A DNA stretch of 33,000 nucleotides from Dicyema japonicum. Lineage: Eukaryota; Animalia; Dicyemida. This document shows positions 10,323 through 23,067 of the stretch, in pieces. Under the pieces are notes generated by a model, which was given only the letters and a program-made list of their open reading frames with translations, was not told where the DNA came from and made no database searches. Within the stretch, counting starts at the first letter, position 1. Every line of letters begins with the position of its first letter. The stretch lies in NCBI GenBank assembly GCA_011109175.1, contig RDEW01000007.1, positions 867,712 to 900,711 of the forward strand, read 5' to 3'. A program made the translations under genes and the position numbers.

Positions 10323-12067
10323 CAATACGACCCCGCCCCAATAGAAAAGTGACCCAAATATAGAGGGTATATATAATTCTTACATTTAAAAACTATTATT
10401 TGTATTTTTAATAACAAAATATGTTGTTTCGATAAAAAAAGAGGATTTAATTTATTTTATGATAAATAATCAATTATTTTGAACCCAGTATTATACTTAT
10501 TTCTTAGAATTTTTGAAATTTTTATTCTGAATTCATAGTATTCATTGAGCCCTTCAAGGAAAGTATTGAATAAAGAAGTTTCGAGATTATTCATTATTCT
10601 TATTGAATTTTTTAACATAACCCTTCAATCTCATCATTTCCATTATACAAAGTCCCATTATCTTCAATTCCGTTTATTTCAAGTTCCATTGACCCTGAAA
10701 CATGTTTATCAATTAATTAAGATGCTTTTTTGAATTAATTTCACGAACACGTGTTCTCTGTTTATTTTCATCCAACAATTGACAATCGTTGTTGTTGTTA
10801 CTCGACTCCAAGCTTTCCTACAAATGTAATTATTTGCCTCATATTAATCTTCAATAGGGTCGAATAGTATTCCTTAACATCTTCTTTCATAAAGAACGTT
10901 GTTAAACATGTTTGAAAGAGTTTATGATCCCCATATCTAAAGGTTGAAAAGTGCTGTTGTATTTTTAGGAAATTTGAGAAATGATAAGTTTGAATATTCT
11001 TGAAATTTGTGGCACGGTGCATTATCCATAAGTAATCAAAATTTTTCTGTTTTTTTGACCATTTCAAAGTTTTTTTTGTAACCATTTGTCAAAAATATCA
11101 GTCGTCATCCAAGTATTTTTGTACAAAACCTAAAAATAACCTAATAAAATATACCCCATAATCCTCAGTTTGTATATTTTTTAAGCATCTTGGCGATTTA
11201 ATTTCCCGATAACAAGGGGCTTTAATTTCTCACCCTCAAGACTGCAGCATAAAAAAACTGAAACTCGTTCTTTGCTTTTCGTTTTACCAAAACAATCATC
11301 ATTTGAAGAGACAAATAATTTACATGATTTTTTTAAAACAAAAGAGAGGTTTTGTCGCAGTTAAAAATATCTTTTTTTGTATTTATCAAATAAATTGTCG
11401 TAATTGTTAAAAAAATCTTCGACTTTATTTCTGTCACATGAGTTCTTTTCACCCGAAGTGACTTTGAAAAATAATTCATGGCGCTTTTTAAATCGATCCA
11501 ACCATCCATTTGATGCTTTGAAATCATTGAAATCAAGATTAGCTGCAATTTTTTGCAATAGTTTTGAGGAGAAATCCTGAAACTGAAATACCATCCTCTC
11601 TCAAATTTTAGACTTCGAATACTAATCGATCAATTCGAATAGAATGATCTGATTCGAACTTCTTAGATGAAAGTGCATCAGAGCATATTTGTGTTTTTGA
11701 AACCCCTTCTCCGATTTTTTTAATTCGTGAGACAGTTCTTTTCCAATATTGTATAATTGACAAATTTTTCTTTCTGATATATTTTCTTTCATTAAAGAAT
11801 CGGAAATCTTCCGTTTCAGGTGGCGACTAAGCTTCGCAGACATGCTTAAAAATATTTTAAATTAATTAAATAAAGATAAAAATGAAATGATAAATTTTAA
11901 TATTATCGATTGAAAAAGTGCTCCAATAAGCGGGGTTTTGTATTTCAAATTAAGGCTTCCTATTGGTCAAAAAATGTACAAATCATTCAAAATAAAATTA
12001 TTAAAAAAATCGCCCTCAAAACAGATGGTGCCCCAAGGCCGGGGTTTTATTGGGCGGGGTCGTACTG
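10323..12067 (-). mobile_element. Tigger/pogo-family DNA transposon with both TIRs, transposase pseudogenised
   Basis: TIRs ta|caatacgaccccgccccaata (10323) and tattgggcggggtcgtactg|ta (12067) with TA target duplication. Transposase motifs FKASNGWLDRFKKRH, IFNCDKTSL, KSKERVSVFLCCSLEGEKLKPLVIGK and WMTTDIF, broken by frameshifts. Confidence 0.92.
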
Positions 12068-12176
12068 TAATTTAATTTTTAATATAATTTTATTTAATTT
12101 GTAATAATATGCGTCTATAATTATTTTTAGGTTAACCAAAAATGTAATAAAATATTAAAGATTTTCCAAATAGAAA

Positions 12177-13745
12177 ATGAATCTTGGATTTCTTTTTCTA
12201 GTTGTGACACTAGCCGGAAAAACTTTATCGTCATTTGCTCAGGAAACAAAGAGGGATATAAAATATCAGGAAAAATGGTTTGAGACAAGGGTTGAACATT
12301 TTTAACCACAAAGCAAGGTTGATCATTATGGATTTATGAACAACGACAAATTTATGCTGAGATATCTTTATTCCGGAGAATATTACAAGCCTGGTGGTCC
12401 AGTCTTCTTTTATCCAGGAAATGAAGGACCGATCGAAGACTTTGTTAGAAACACTGTAAGAGCTATTTTGAGTCCAGGGATTCCTCTGGGAATTTGCTCC
12501 TCAGTTCGGCGCCGAAGTGCTGTTTGTTGAGCACCGTTATTACGGAAAATCACTTCCATATAAGAATGCAAGCGAGGTATCATTGAAAGTCACCCTTTCA
12601 GGATACCCGCATGCTGAACTACCTGACAGTCGAGCAAACCATGTCTGACTTTATCGATCTCCTTTCTACATTATTCCCAAATCGAAAAGTTATCGCATTT
12701 GGGGGATCATACGGAGGAATGTTAGCGGCTTGGATGAGGACGAGATATCCCGAATATATTACAGGGTAGTTATATTTCCTATTTTAAGAGCCTTAGCGTC
12801 TTCTGCTCCCGTTTATCAATACGAAGGTCTCAGTGAATGTAGTAGACCATACGATGTCGTCACATCACGATTTGGGAGTTACTTTGAGAAATCCCCAAGT
12901 AATATCAAACAAATGTGGAATGTAATGGGCAGCAAATCAGATGGTTTTATCATTTTTGATTACCTAGATAACGAATATGTGGAATATTTGTGGAAAAGAT
13001 TAAATTTATGTGAATTAGAAAATGAAAATAAAACCATGAACTATCTGTTTGACTACTTCGAATTGATCCTTTTCAACGTAGTGATGGTCAACTACCCAAC
13101 AGAGGCTGATTTGTTGGTTCCCCTGCCTCCCTATCCAGCCTACGTACATTTATTGGAATTATTGATAGCTGATGGCCAGCTTTTTCTCAAAGAGAATTAT
13201 GGGAGTTGTGGATTACGAAATTGCTATGGCACTTTCCATGGATCTTTACTTCAATTATACGGGGGAAACTCAGAAATGTTATGACCTGAAAACCACTAAT
13301 GGAGTTATCCCCGATTATTTCTGGAACTATCAGGTTCTTACAAAGTCTGAGTATTTAGTACTGCACAGAGATGGATATGTATATATGCTCTAAAGAAACT
13401 GAGCATAATATGTTCCGTCCTTATGAAATCAATAAAACCGCTTATTCTGAAAAATGCCAAAAAAGCTTTGGAGTCTCCCCCGACCCAACCTGGCTTCCTA
13501 AAGAATTCAACGTGAGGGATATGTCTTCTCTCAGCAACATCATATTCACTAATGCAGAATACGATCCGTGGATGCCTGGTGGTGTCCTCCAAGACGTGAA
13601 TGACAGTGTAGTCTCAATATTCATAAACGATGCCGCCCACCACGTGGATCTAAGATTTAGTACCCCATATGACCCACCCGGTGTTGTTGCAGCAAGGGAA
13701 AGAGAAGTAGAAATCATTTCTCAGTGGCTCATGGATAAATACTAA
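12177..13745 (+). CDS. PRCP: Lysosomal Pro-X carboxypeptidase (peptidase S28, PRCP/DPP7 family), ~465 aa, 7 micro-introns
   Basis: Signal peptide MNLGFLFLVVTLAG. Introns 12291-12317, 12456-12477, 12577-12601, 12766-12788, 12944-12967, 13144-13168 and 13334-13358. Motifs VDHY, PVFFYPGNEG, EHRYYGKSLP, GGSYGG (Ser), ASSAP, VNYP, YDPW (Asp), AHHVDLR (His). Spliced length 1398 nt. DPP7 orthology not excluded. Confidence 0.92.
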
Positions 13746-13799
13746 AACCCAATTATTCTAACAATATTTTGGTCCTCTTAACAATTTTACCTAATGAAT

Positions 13800-14205
13800 A
13801 GCTTAATACTGTCAATTTTGTCTCACCTCCATATTTATCATAAAAAATGTCAATCTGTCTCCATGGATTGCCAGCTATCACTATCGCCACAGAGTAAGCT
13901 GGAAGTGTTACAGAATATTATTAAGACCGTCGAAAAGACACCCACGTCGTTACTATGGACGACAGTAAACGCCCCCAATCATGGAATACCTTACGGGACC
14001 CCACTGAGACTTCGTTTGATGGCAAAGTGGGATGGACATCATATCTGGACGTCTGCCGAGATATGAGAAGGAACCTTCCCCTTTGTGGAGATTAATTCAG
14101 GAGTCCAAAACTAACTGCAGGAAAATGCCTGATGCGGACACCGGGATTACTAAGACGATGACTCTTGTCCTCCTTGTGATTCGGGGGTTAATAAAATTAA
14201 ATCAA
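13800..14205 (+). mobile_element. Decayed LINE 3' fragment
   Basis: SKLEVLQNIIKT post-RT motif. Ends gggggttaataaaa like other LINE termini in this window. Confidence 0.45.
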
Positions 14206-14949
14206 AATCAAAGAGTTCCATTATTGATTCCAATGAGAGTTACCCCCTGATGATCGCGATCCCAATGTTTTGGGGAGTCATCGTTTCATTCTAGGGTCTT
14301 CTATCCGCAATCTTGCAAGACGCAAAATGGATAGACATTATTGTACACTGCTTCTTTAGAGTTCTTGTGTCTATTCTAGGATCAGGGTAACTCACAATAA
14401 GTTGTGCTTGAAACAATTTCTGCACATAATTTTAATCATAAAAACCTCAATTGTCGATAAGATTAACATTATATTGTAAATTTTCCCCAATCCACTATTT
14501 GTGACTTTCAAAAAGTACGAATTCAAGAATTTTGAAGATTCTAAAAGATTATTATTTTTTATTTAATCTATGAACCGTCAGAATTTTTCTGTCACTTTTT
14601 TGAAACAAACACAATACTGATTTAGCAACATTAATACTGCACTTACGAAGAGCCATACTAGCTATAGCTCCTCCCAGACACACACTTTATTTAAGCAAAG
14701 AACAGTTATCATAACTTAGAGGAAGAACCAAGGAATGCTCTCACTTCTTAGAAACAGGCTTCAATTAACCGAAACTTCATTATCCGCAATCCGAAAGACA
14801 TTTATTAAATATTTTTATTTTGTTTTTGTTATACATTCAGATGAATTTACATTTAAATCAAACAGTACCAAATTGTTAGAAAAAAGTAATATTTGTGAAA
14901 TAAAAATATTAAATATGACTCTCATTATCCATATCTGTGAATAAAAATG

Positions 14950-16120
14950 AACTTTTATTTGGGAATTTCTACCCTCAGAAAATCTAAAAAACCGTGAAAG
15001 TTGGAAAACTGTGAAACTACGATTAACAAGACAGCCAAGTGGTAGACATCATCAACTTGATAATTCACTTGTTGAATGGATGAAATTAAATGGTTTTATT
15101 ACTGAAGATATCATCAAGCTTGGAATCATTGATTTGAAGTTAGGCTACACAGATTTAAGAAGATTTATCTTAAACTAAAAGTTTTTAACGGAGAAGCTAA
15201 CAGCTTAACACAATATGAAATTAATTTGAATAGACAAATATGATTAGTTAAAAGAAGTGACCCTGACGTATTGCAAAAATGGATGAAACTAGACTTTTTC
15301 AATCTTACCCTTTTAGAACAATTTCATATTAAGATAGAAATGGCATAAAGCAATCAAAAGTGAGGATTACTATAGCTATTTGTGCTAATGAAACTGGAAC
15401 AATAAAAATTAATCCGTTTTATTGGCAATTTTAAATGACCGAGATTTTTAAAAGATTTTGACATTGAAAATTATTGCACTATGTAAATAAAAGGGTTAGA
15501 ATGACAACAGAACTTTTTAACGTTTTCATCAGTCATCATTATTATGAATTTAACTGTATCAGATAAAAGTTTTTTTTACTGATTGATAATGCTTCACGTT
15601 TTAACGATTTTTTTTGAAAATTGAAATTTATTCCTTCCAAAAACACAACTGCACATCTCCAACCATGGATGCAGGCATAATCAAGAACTTTAAGCATTAT
15701 TATAGAAAAAACTTATTTTGGCTTGATTTGGAGAAAGAATTTCTTGTGAATTTACGGAAAGCCATCATTATGGTATCTCACACACGAAGTAAAAGAAGAC
15801 ATAAAAATTGTTTTAAAAAGACTGAGGCAATTAAATGTTTTGATTAATTTGCTAATGAAGAAATAATGCAAGATCCTGTTTTGAATGGGTATCGAACGAA
15901 CTGAACTTGCTTATGATGAGAAATAACACAAACAGAAATGCTAGACGAGAACAAAATCGTCATTCTTTGTGAAGATTGTAATGTAGACGAGAAATTATTG
16001 ATGCTAAAATGGAGAGATTATATTATATGTGAAAACATAAATATTAATTACATTGAAATTAATATATTTATTCCCTTCACAATCCGAATTTTTTTAGTTC
16101 GGATTAATGAGGGTTTACTG
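14950..16120 (+). mobile_element. Second Tigger/pogo transposase relic
   Basis: Fragmented motifs LDNSLVEWM, MDETRLF, KQSKVRITIAICANETGT, LLIDNAS, PTMDAGIIKNFKHYYRK. TIR-like gttcggattaatgagggtttactg ends at 16120. Left TIR not identified. Confidence 0.8.
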
Positions 16121-16137
16121 AATATCGTAAAACATAG

Positions 16138-16212
16138 ATCTCGCACGCCATCCTGAGAGAGAATAGCCACGCAGTCAGGGCTGCGCTATATGACCATTTA
16201 CTCTATTTTTTT
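16138..16212 (+). mobile_element. CRE-clade retrotransposon extreme 3' end
   Basis: ISHAILRENSHAV motif and nucleotide similarity to 5057-5125. Confidence 0.5.
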
Positions 16213-17299
16213 AATAAATAAAATATTTCGAATTTTTTTTTAAATTAATAAAAAAAATAAATTATTTGTAATAAAAAAATCTTCATTGTGGCCTGCAGGT
16301 ATTGATCACGAAATGAGAGCTTACCCCTCAATATCGCGTGCCCCATATTCTGGAAGAGCCATTACGACAAGGTCTTAATTTTCAAAACCGGAAAAGAAGT
16401 GTCGAAAGATCTATTGGGAATTATTTAAATCAAGAAAGATATTTTGTCGAATTTTTAAAAAACCATTTTTTATAATAGAAAAGTAATGAAAGGCTAAAAA
16501 TTCATTGGACATAGAACGGCTCGCTGGAGTTTCGAATAAGAATCCAAAATAAAAGTGCAGAACGGTGATTCATATGCTTATGGAAGAGCTTAACTACAAG
16601 CATATAAAACTCTTCTCCATGGAGGAAAATATAGAATATTTTAGGTGGCTATATCAGTCAGCGAAAGTGGTTTTTCCATTTATAAAAAATTTGGTTGATA
16701 CAAGGTCTTGTTACCGTTATTTTATTATTCCACGTGATTTTTAACATTTTCGTTTGTTTTAGAATAATTAACAAATTCAAGCCGGTTCAAGCCACAATTG
16801 GCAGGAATCATTCGGTTTAATGAATTTCGCTTTTCTTGACTTGTTCTTAGTGGCAATTTACGGAAGAAGTAAAGAAATCAATGTCATCAAAATAGCCTCT
16901 ATATTTAGCCACCAATTGCGGAGATGTAAGATGACTCACGTGATGCAGATATGAGTAATGTAGTCACGAATTATCGAGGGGTACTAATTATCTGGTTGTA
17001 TCCGAAATCTGTAACAAAAATCATAGTCTCTTTCAAAGTTCGTTAGAGTGTGATCCTTTTTCTGACAATAATCGATGAGTTAGAGATATACAGTCCGACC
17101 TCAATTTGGAACACCAAGCGTTCCCAAAACCAAGATTTTAACTCGAAAGTTATAAATAATTATTAATTTTATGAAAGTTGGTTGGCGGCTTTTGAAAAAA
17201 TCCCTTTGATCGACACTGATTGAGGAACTGGACCAACATTTCGTACAAAACTCTCCAATCGACCCTTTTGGAAACGACGACTTGCACCGTCGGGCTTGC

Positions 17300-18090
17300 A
17301 GTCTGTCCGCCTATTTCAACCCCCACAGCGGTTCTTGGTTGAACGTGCTTTCATCATCTTCAATTGGTTCCCTTCTGGGTCAGGACGAGGTGCAGACAGT
17401 TTCGGCCAATTAATCATTGACGGTTTTCTGGAAGAGAAAGCGATTAATACCCACGTGCATCCACTAGAGACACGAGCATATAGGAAGTGGTCATGATTCC
17501 CGGGAAAACTATATGAAAACGAGAAATTAAGTGAGATAAATTGGATCACTCTTTTGAATGATGCTAAATGGCAGATATAACTTTCCTGTTGCCGGATTTT
17601 GGAAAGTAAGCAATAATTTTTTTAATTAAATACAGTTTATTAAAAAATAAATCACAAAAATCAATCAAAAATATTTTGGCCGAATTTTGTCCATTACAGC
17701 TGGGCGCGAAGTTAAAAGCTGAAGTGAGAGCACATACGGTTAAGGAGTTCTTCAGGCTATCATCTGAAGCTGAGGATAACGTCTTTATCAAATGGGATCT
17801 GTGCAATGTTTTCAACTCGGTCAGAATAGATATCATCGTGACGTTCGCGTGAAAAGAACGCCGAAAATTTATCATTTGCCCACCTATCATATTCGAGTCC
17901 ATCCCTCCCGAGTTTTTGGAAATGAAATCATCCCTTCTGAAATGGGAGTGCAGCATGGTGACCCTCTTTGCCCTCTTATCGGCGATTGATTATATTGTGC
18001 AAGAAATTTCTACTCCCATAAATTTATGGTGCCTGGAGGATCAAATCCTTGGAGGAAGTCCAGGGAATGCCCTTTCAACAATAACAAGAT
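17300..18090 (+). mobile_element. CRE-clade non-LTR retrotransposon RT relic
   Basis: FPSGSGRGAD, LQLGAKLKAEVRAH, IKWDLCNVFNSVR, SEMGVQHGDPLCP, NLWCLEDQILGG. Multiple frameshifts. Confidence 0.75.
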
Positions 18091-18437
18091 TTCCGCTTCT
18101 CGCGGTCGCAACAGAGATCAACTGGAGAAGCCACCGAGTCTCACGTGCGTCTGTAGCTAGGCGTCCAAATTTCTTTATGAAAATAGCGATTTCTCACTTA
18201 TTCCAGCAATAATTTAAAACTTACATTTCAAAAACCCTGAAGAATAAATAATAATCACACAATTAAATTAAAGTTAGTGTCATTAGTTGAATAACGACAG
18301 TCAATAAGGTTCCTAAGTGCTTCGTCTAAAGCTCCCGAAAGACCTGGCCAAGTTCATTGAACCATGTTTAAGTCTAAAATATGAGTTAAGGTTACTTCAG
18401 GTAAAATAATGCACTACTAATCACACCAAGATTTCCA

Positions 18438-18515
18438 AAAAAATATTCCCACTTTAAGTTTTGTACTCTGTGTCAACACACGTAGAGTACAAAACTTAAA
18501 GTGGGAATATTTTTT
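18438..18515. repeat. Perfect 32-bp inverted repeat with 14-nt spacer
   Basis: aaaaaatattcccactttaagttttgtactct (18438-18469) and agagtacaaaacttaaagtgggaatatttttt (18484-18515). Confidence 0.95.
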
Positions 18516-18994
18516 GACACACTCTCAGGAAAATTTGGCCACTTCAGTCTCTCAAAATTAGTAAATATTAAATTATCAAAAATATTTAAATCAGAAGAGA
18601 ACCCTGTATTACCACTTTTGCCAAATAACAAAATAAAATGAACAAATTTCATATTTATAAGACTGCAATTTACGGAGAGCCATATTCCCAGACACACACT
18701 TTATTTTTAGTGGTGACTGGATCGCGAAAGTCGATTAATTTCCACTGAGAACCCTTAAGAGGCATACAAGACGGGTATGAAACATATCTGGAGAGTAAAT
18801 GTACAATTTTGTAATTTTTTAATTATTTTATTTGTAATTCAGCATTCGCACATCTCATAAAACAAAATGGACTTGACTAAAAAAAACGGAATTGGAGAGT
18901 ACTTCCGAATTTATAATCAGATAGTTTACGTACTCTGCCAAATATCTTTGAAAGTACTGTTAACCGATTCCCAAAGTTATGAAGGCACATCCAC

Positions 18995-19210
18995 TTATTT
19001 ATTTACCCCCGGTCTCTTTGAGTGAAAGAAACTGATGGCTAACAAAAACGTTACAGCCAAGAGCGGACGCTCCAGAGAATCGACAGGTGGATTCTGTGGA
19101 GAACTAGTAGGTGGACCCAGACAAGAGTAAAGGTGACCTGCTTGTCAAGAAAGCACGGTGTGAATAGAGGAGAGGACGATTGTCCAATCCTGTAAAGATA
19201 TGAATGTTAT
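18995..19210 (-). mobile_element. LINE 3' end remnant (a related copy lies at ~26600-26680, +)
   Basis: HSYLYRIGQSSSP...HLYSC...ERPLLAVTFL, ending gggggtaaataaataa. A similar terminus is at 26600-26680. Confidence 0.55.
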
Positions 19211-19479
19211 TCAAGTGATGACCAAACAATTTACGAACGCGTCGAAGAAATTGAAAAACTGAGATATAAGATCAAATGTTAGTTCTGTTCGCCGACATGG
19301 GGACCCAACCTACAAAGATTTGTTTTCACGACAATCATTAACTGTAATCGAAAATAAAGAAAAACATTCCATGAGTGACTTATTAACGAAAGCTTGGCCT
19401 TTGACGACTGACATTTCTTTGTTCTCGATGTCCAAATGCTCCATGTGATTCTCGGAATGAAATCCAAATGCTCCATATA

Positions 19480-20296
19480 ATCCGCAAGCTTCGTATTGAT
19501 GCATTTGGTCATAAGCTTATATACACGTAATGGGCAGTAATTCTTTTTGTGACTGGAGCATTACACTTTGAAATTAAATATGTGATTTCAGTGAAAAACC
19601 AATTTACAGAGACATACGCTTCATTCATTAAATCAGCAAGAAGTGAACATTTTTCTGTAAACTGATCTTTGATTAAGTTTAAGGTTCAATTGTCAAAAAA
19701 AATCCCCCGTGATTCGTATATCGATAATTTTTTTATAGACTTTTAATCTTATCTCAAAAAATGATGTAATTCGAGCTCTTTCCCTGATTTTTAATTTTGT
19801 AACTCGCTAGCAACAGGTTTCACATGCCACAGCTTTTCTTCAGTAGAAAGAGTCTAAAACTTTTCAATCAACTCGAGATACGAACCCCAAACTTCTTAGA
19901 AATTAGACTCTGATATGGCGCCTGTCCATGATAAACAATGCAAGAAATTGACGTGGGACAATTCAGACGATAACATGACGGACCACAGAAGAATGGTGCT
20001 GTCCATGGTAAACACCACTAAAGAATAATGGTACGTCATGTATTTCATGAAGGATTTTTTTCCGGTAATGAAAACTCTTTTTCTGATGTCTTTGTATTAA
20101 CCCATGGTTAGGGTTTAGATTATTTTCATTGTACCTACCTCCACGTGGTTTCAAAGCAGGACTTTCCTTTGTAGTCAACTGGTTTTGTAGCTCGGTTTCC
20201 ACACAAACAGAGACTCTTTTTAAAAGGAAAATAGCCAACAATCGATAAATCGCAAAAAATAAGGTCAGAAACGCGTGGATCGCAAAAAAAGGTTAA
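19480..20296 (-). mobile_element. Possible highly decayed piggyBac-like element
   Basis: Terminus ggttaa at 20291-20296 with nearby repeated tcgcaaaaa motifs. Only faint peptide resemblance (FLALFIM, NEAYV). Confidence 0.25.
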
Positions 20297-20339
20297 CTCT
20301 CCCGCCCTCGCAAAAAGAAATTGAAAGCCGATTCGGACA

Positions 20340-21400
20340 AGTGTCCTTCCACTCGTGCTTTCTACAGTTCAGGCATCTTCCAAACGTGGTTCTACAGGAT
20401 TCTGTTCTCCCCCGACCATTTTCAACCTTCACCTGAGCAGCCTTCCGACTACTCTAAACTCAATCGTCCTTACGTATGCCGATGACATTTTCATCGCTGC
20501 CAAGGACACAAACATTCAGAGACCCACGCTACATTTGCAGCATCACCTGGATCTTATGAGTGATCCCCTTCCCATACGAACTCATCTTTCACACTTTTCA
20601 CGTCGGACAAGTGACAAGAGACAGTTAACTTCTCACCAGCTCTGCCACTACACCATTGTCCCCTCCCTGTCATAAACACTAAAAAAGACTGGGTGTCACT
20701 TTTGACCAAAATCTCTCCTTTAGCCAGTATATTAAATATCTTACCGCCAAAATTGAAGAGGAAATTAAATGTCCTCTGTGCAGTTGCAGGTGTCTCTCAC
20801 CTCCAATCCAAAGAATTCTTGACGAATATCTACAAACAGTTCGTCAGGGCCACGGTCAATTACATCTACCTTAGCTGGGTATCCTCCTGTCACAATCTAA
20901 TCCAGAAGCTCCAAGTCATGCAGAACCATTACAGGATACGACGACAATCTACACTGGGAAACGAGGATGTTGCCGATCATGCGAAGCTTACAGTTTCTGA
21001 GGCAGTTTTCGGATTCTAACCTATGAGAGCGTCCTAATGGATCCATGAGAGCGTCTTATCTACAAGAAGCGAGTTTTTTGACGGTTGTCAGTTTCCACAT
21101 GTTAGCGAAACTGGAGTTAATAATTTATGTTCGGAGGTCATATTTATATCGGAAGCGTTGTGATGTGGATGCCTGATTGAAGATTTCTCTTACTTCCTTC
21201 TAGTGGCGTTATTGTCTCCATCTTACTCTGGAGACGCCCAATTCCTGAGCAACATTCAACATTCATACATTACATTCCATCTAGGTTATCTATCCCCACC
21301 AATACGACCCATTCCATTTTCTGTGCCAAGTATCCCCCGATCTCGTTATCAGCACATTCTTACTGTGATCCTCGACACATATTTGTTGCTACAGAAAATG
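20340..21400 (+). mobile_element. Decayed LINE (I/Jockey-like) reverse transcriptase
   Basis: GVLQDSVLP/PTIFNLHLSSLP, VLTYADDIFI, LGVTFDQNLSF, RKLNVL, LTNIYKQFVRATVNY, KLQVMQN. Frameshifted. Confidence 0.85.
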
Positions 21401-21749
21401 ATGTACGTTTAATTAGATGATAATTTTCAACTTTTTGTGATTATATTTTTAATTAAAATTTGAGATAAAGTTTTAAATGTTTTTGGAAATATGTAATACA
21501 TTGCCTCAAATAACTTTAGCTTAAACAGAGGCTCAAATGGCATTCATCAGAGGAACATTTACTATTTTCCTTCTTTTATTCCTAATAGATGTCATGTGAA
21601 CCCCCTGACACGAGAAATGCCCAATGTCTAGCCCACATAAAAAAATCTTTCTCTTCCTCACTTCAGCTGAGTGGATCTCAAAATGGCGGATATCAATGGA
21701 CTTTGATGTTTGAAAGAATACGTCCCACTCCGACCGCGGGAACTGGATA

Positions 21750-22182
21750 TATTTTAAATCTCTATAGTACATTTGTTCTCCCTATATTACCGTACAATTG
21801 TGGACGTGGGGGTGAATGGTATACAATGTGAGAAGTCGGATTAAACCATAGAAAACATCTAAGTTCACTGTTAAGATCCCCCTAAAAGAAATCACCAACA
21901 ATAAGGAGAGAGGTGGGGACTGTTGAAAATATTCTCAGAATGGATCCATCGTTACCTAACAACGATGTAATGGAAGCATACCTCAGGTTCATCTATGATA
22001 TCAAAGACAACAGAGATACACATTACCCGGTGTAATCAAGAAGACCTAAGGAATTCAAGAATGAAGTTAATAGATGAACCCAGACACTCTGTAAATTGAA
22101 TCCTCGGGGGAGCGTGGAAGCGTCTCACATAAAAAAATGTCTGTGGTGATGCACAAGCGACTAGATCACTCTAATAATAATT
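21750..22182 (+). mobile_element. RTE-like LINE 3' fragment with TAA tail
   Basis: LNLYSTFVLPILPYNC, NHRKHL, RW..ILRMDP motifs. Ends ctaataataa. Confidence 0.55.
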
Positions 22183-22759
22183 TTTATATTCATTGTAAAA
22201 TTCCCCGCAGAGATAATGGTACAATTAGAAATCGATATATTTGTTGGTTGAGTGGTTGAGATCTCTCTAATAATGATATGTCCTTATCGTACTCTCAGTC
22301 TGTCTATTCTAGCAACTTTCAACGTCATGGGAGTCGCTTCGAGACCCATGGATTCCTCGATGAAATATGTGCGAGGAGCAAAGTTACATGGAGATAACTG
22401 GTAGAAAGGAAGAGCACGGCACAGCGGAACCCTAAGTATTCATGTGTTATGAGTAACGTATGAGTGCATTTAACTGACTCAAAACATATAATGCTCCTTG
22501 TTGGTGGTTTCATGGTAATATATTGCCTACTATCACTATAAATAATTTATTGAATATACAGACTTAATGGTTATTGTATTTTTGTCAGTAGAGTTTAATC
22601 ACTAACACGCAAATTTGACATTAAAGGGATATGTTACACCCTCATCACAAATCTCACATATGTTACTGTTATTCAAAGCATCATTGAAATATCTTAGTGT
22701 TGAGATTTACTAGAAATTTCAAAATATCTCTGCACTAAAACATTGAGACTATAGGGGGA

Positions 22760-22920
22760 ATTCCTTGATCCTGACGCGTTCCAGTAAAACTCCCACTAAG
22801 CAGAGTGATCCAGAAGACATTGCCCGGGAAGTTGAGGTCGAAGCCAGAACTCGTCGCCAGGAAGCGAAATTGTCTCCCGGTGGAATGAAGAGATGGATAA
22901 TTTGAGTGCCGGCTAGGTAT
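22760..22920 (-). mobile_element. LINE C-terminal remnant
   Basis: Homologous to 9043-9150 and to about 3772-3800. Translates ...VLLERVRI, like LLEWIRIT in copy A. Confidence 0.5.
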
Positions 22921-23067
22921 TGGGCGTTTCCTGAGCTATGTGGATCGATGACATCACTAAAAGGAAGAGAGAGAAATATAAGCTTAAAAGAAAGAATTAT
23001 AATTAATTTAAAATTAAATTAAAAATATAACTATTTAAATTAAACAATAACCGTAAATTGCGGTATT

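Noticed and set aside
12285-12330. Intron gain by tandem duplication (intron start gttgaacatt resembles exon start gttgatcatt)
   Set aside because: The position appears to match the ancestral PRCP intron before VDH, and the short similarity could be chance.
16400-16720. hAT transposase C-terminal remnant (ESGFSIYK)
   Set aside because: A single short motif in heavily decayed DNA is not enough to annotate.
21538-21831. Secreted-protein gene (MAFIRGTFTIFLLLFLIDV...)
   Set aside because: Stops after 20 codons with no micro-intron rescue, and the downstream frame runs into an RTE relic.
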